Part shown: one piece after another, positions 61,684 to 64,000 of the stretch
Position numbering within the stretch: the stretch's first letter is position 1
Layout of the letters: each line of letters starts with the position of its first letter
Assembly: GCF_009834535.1 (NCBI RefSeq)
Contig: NC_045696.1
Location: forward strand, 51,028,001-51,092,000
DNA: 64,000 nt
Direction of reading: 5' to 3'
DNA from: Camelus ferus
Lineage: Eukaryota
Notes under the pieces: generated by a model
The model's database searches: none
What the model was told of the DNA's origin: nothing
What the model saw: the letters and a program-made list of their open reading frames with translations, nothing else
Made by a program: the position numbers and the translations under genes

Positions 61684-64000
61684 AAAACAACAATTTACTT
61701 TCAAAATATAGCAGCAGTTAAGACAGCTCTTTAGATCTTATATTTTCTCTCACTGGGACTGAACTACAGATTCTGGGCAGTGTTTGTAGCAAGTTCCAAA
61801 TGGTCTGAATTAGGAGGGTCTGATTACACTTGGCCTATTTTAGTTAGTTTTAAAGTTAGATTTTAAAGAAAGGTGAAAATAAATAACGTAGTATGGGCAA
61901 TAGTAAACAGTGACTACATAATAGTTGCTGATCTCAGAATTCAACACAAAATGGGGTTTTCTTTGACATTTACCAGACATCACAGATAACTACCAGAACA
62001 TCACATAAGTTTATTTCAGATGTAACAGCAATGTTAAAATCAACAAGTTTAAATCTTAACTGCACCAAGTAAACTTAGCCATTTAAGTATTTTTAAAGTT
62101 ATTCCCTCCAAAAAACTGAGGGAGCTTTTCTTTTCCACCCCACATACCATGGTTTCCCAATAGTTCTGTTTTTGGAGGACTTTCAATTGATGAATAAACT
62201 GCTTTGGGGGTATTTCAGAACTTCTTTCCCCAAATGAAAACTAATCTGGACAAATTATATATTGCATAGATTACTCAGCAGATTCTTTTCTTTAGAACCT
62301 CAATGCAACTACCATACAGTATAATTTTTAACCTATTTGCCCCACAGAAAAAACTATCTGTCCTGAAAAAAATGATGGATATATCCTGTGATCTTCCAGT
62401 TAAAAGAATTGTTTTACCTCACTGATAATTTTTATCATGTTTCAAAATAACCAACTCAACATGGGACATTATTTCAGTCTTTACTGACCCATAAGCATAT
62501 GAACTAGTGCCCAGCTTCTACCTTTTCTACATCCTCCTCCTCCATTAAGTGGATGGAATTAATATAAGTTTGAAGTAGGACAATTATCCCTTTACAAACA
62601 TTTACAATTTAGGTGAAAGTCATTGACTAGTGTGAAAAAAGAAACACTATGATAGGGAGCCTACACACTCAGTTCAAAATTTTATATTTTTTCCTCCATA
62701 AATAACATGTACTTAATTGTCATGAGGCAGCTATTCGGTTTTCAATAACCACATTTAGGGATACATTCATAGGACTGAGTAGATAGTCCAGGTGAAATGG
62801 TTATAGAAATAGAGGCAGTGTCATCTCACAAAACTCATTTATATATCAAAATCTATTATGATATCTGGACATTTACAAAAAGGATGAATTCTTCAAACTA
62901 ATTATGCCTTCTGTAACTCAAGCACTCTTCTCTTGGCAAGAGCAAGCTGAAGCTTATCTATGAAGGTAAAGGTGCTTAATGCTAAATTTTTCTAAGCTTA
63001 GACTTGGACTGCTTAATAATCTGACACCCAAGAAACCAGCATAGTCTTTCTACATTTTTACTATCCTAAGATTAGAACCCTATAAACTCATTCTTCAAAT
63101 ATCTTCCTTTTCTATATTATTCTTGGCACTCAACTAAGACTGTTGAAGTCTACTATACCTTGTACTTTCACATTCTCAAATAAGAACTTAAGATCATAAA
63201 ATGTGCATAAGCATCATGTAAAATAATTTTGTCACTCAACATATTTGGAGAGATGAGACTTTTATGCCAGAATTTACATAAGAGGATAAATATTATGAAT
63301 CAATCTTCCTTTCAAAGTCAAATGAAAATTCAAGCCCTGTGCATTGTTTTAATTAAGTCTAATGAAAACATTTCTTGGGCCACCAGTATTGGCAATCTAG
63401 AAAATTTTAAATATTGGAGATGGGACTATGGAGGAAAACATGAAAATTTCAAATGTCTTCTATCTTACAGAAAGTTATCAACCTGTCAAAGCTACTCCCT
63501 ATGTGCCAGAAAATGATCGGACATAAACCAGTCCCGTCAGTAGAGGAGGTCACAGTGACATTTGCGTTATTAACACTCACTTTTCCAAGAATAGAAGCAA
63601 TATGTTTAACAATCCCCACTCCCCCAAATCCTTAAACTCAATATCATAGGCACAGAATGTAAGCAAATCTGGGATGTTCTCCAACAGATAAGCAATAGCA
63701 CAACTATGTTATTCTCAAAAATACTGTCTAGATATTCTTTCCTATATAATCAAATGCTCAGTGGCCACACTTCTAACAGCCTGCATTAGCTGACTTTAAA
63801 TGAATTTATTGTGTCACAAGTCCATCTAAGCTTCCTTTTAGGTATTTTTAAATATGTCCAAGAGACAATACCTGTTTCAGGTTTATTTAGGGGCATCGAT
63901 CTATAAGGACATCAACTCCATTTTTTAAGGTTAGACTAACTATTGTGGGTTTACTGAAGAAAAAGGACAGGAGAAAAAAAAAAAGCGAATCACAACAAAC
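61684..64000 (-). other. NAA50: Part of the NAA50 (N-alpha-acetyltransferase 50) 3'UTR; coding exons lie beyond the window; left boundary uncertain
   Basis: Repeat-free sequence whose reverse complement (cttcagtaaaccc...gagttgatgtccttatag...aggaagcttagatgg...gtgtggccactgagcatttga) matches my recollection of the human NAA50 3'UTR. NAA50 is the known same-strand upstream neighbour of USF3. Confidence 0.75.
62010..62015 (-). terminator. Candidate NAA50 polyadenylation signal AATAAA
   Basis: TTTATT on the plus strand, followed on the minus strand by GU-rich sequence (tgtgatgttctggtagttatctgtgatgtctgg). Confidence 0.5.

Overview
Mammalian genomic DNA, probably from a camelid given its Vic-1-like tRNA-derived SINEs. 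Most of the window is the minus-strand gene USF3 (KIAA2018, a bHLH-ZIP transcription factor). It has a CpG-island promoter and non-coding exon 1 at ~50.1-50.6 kb, a probable second non-coding exon at ~30.2-30.3 kb, four small coding exons (47, 29, 83 and 97 coding nt) and a giant terminal exon (13770 down to ~1790) holding 6.46 kb of CDS and ~5.5 kb of 3'UTR. As given, the CDS is broken by a one-base shortfall in an A6 run at 10978-10983; adding one A gives a continuous 2238-aa protein. The right end resembles the minus-strand 3'UTR of the neighbouring gene NAA50. Introns and the intergenic region are filled with L1, L2, MIR, MLT1 LTRs, MER DNA transposons and SINEs. The most interesting observations are an 81-bp piggyBac-type MITE with a TTAA duplication inside a 5'-inverted L1, the USF3 frameshift, five eh1/octapeptide-like (TLE/Groucho-binding) motifs in the USF3 C-terminal half, and a uORF-rich 5' leader. 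Repeat family names come from recalled consensus sequences, not database searches, and repeat boundaries are approximate.
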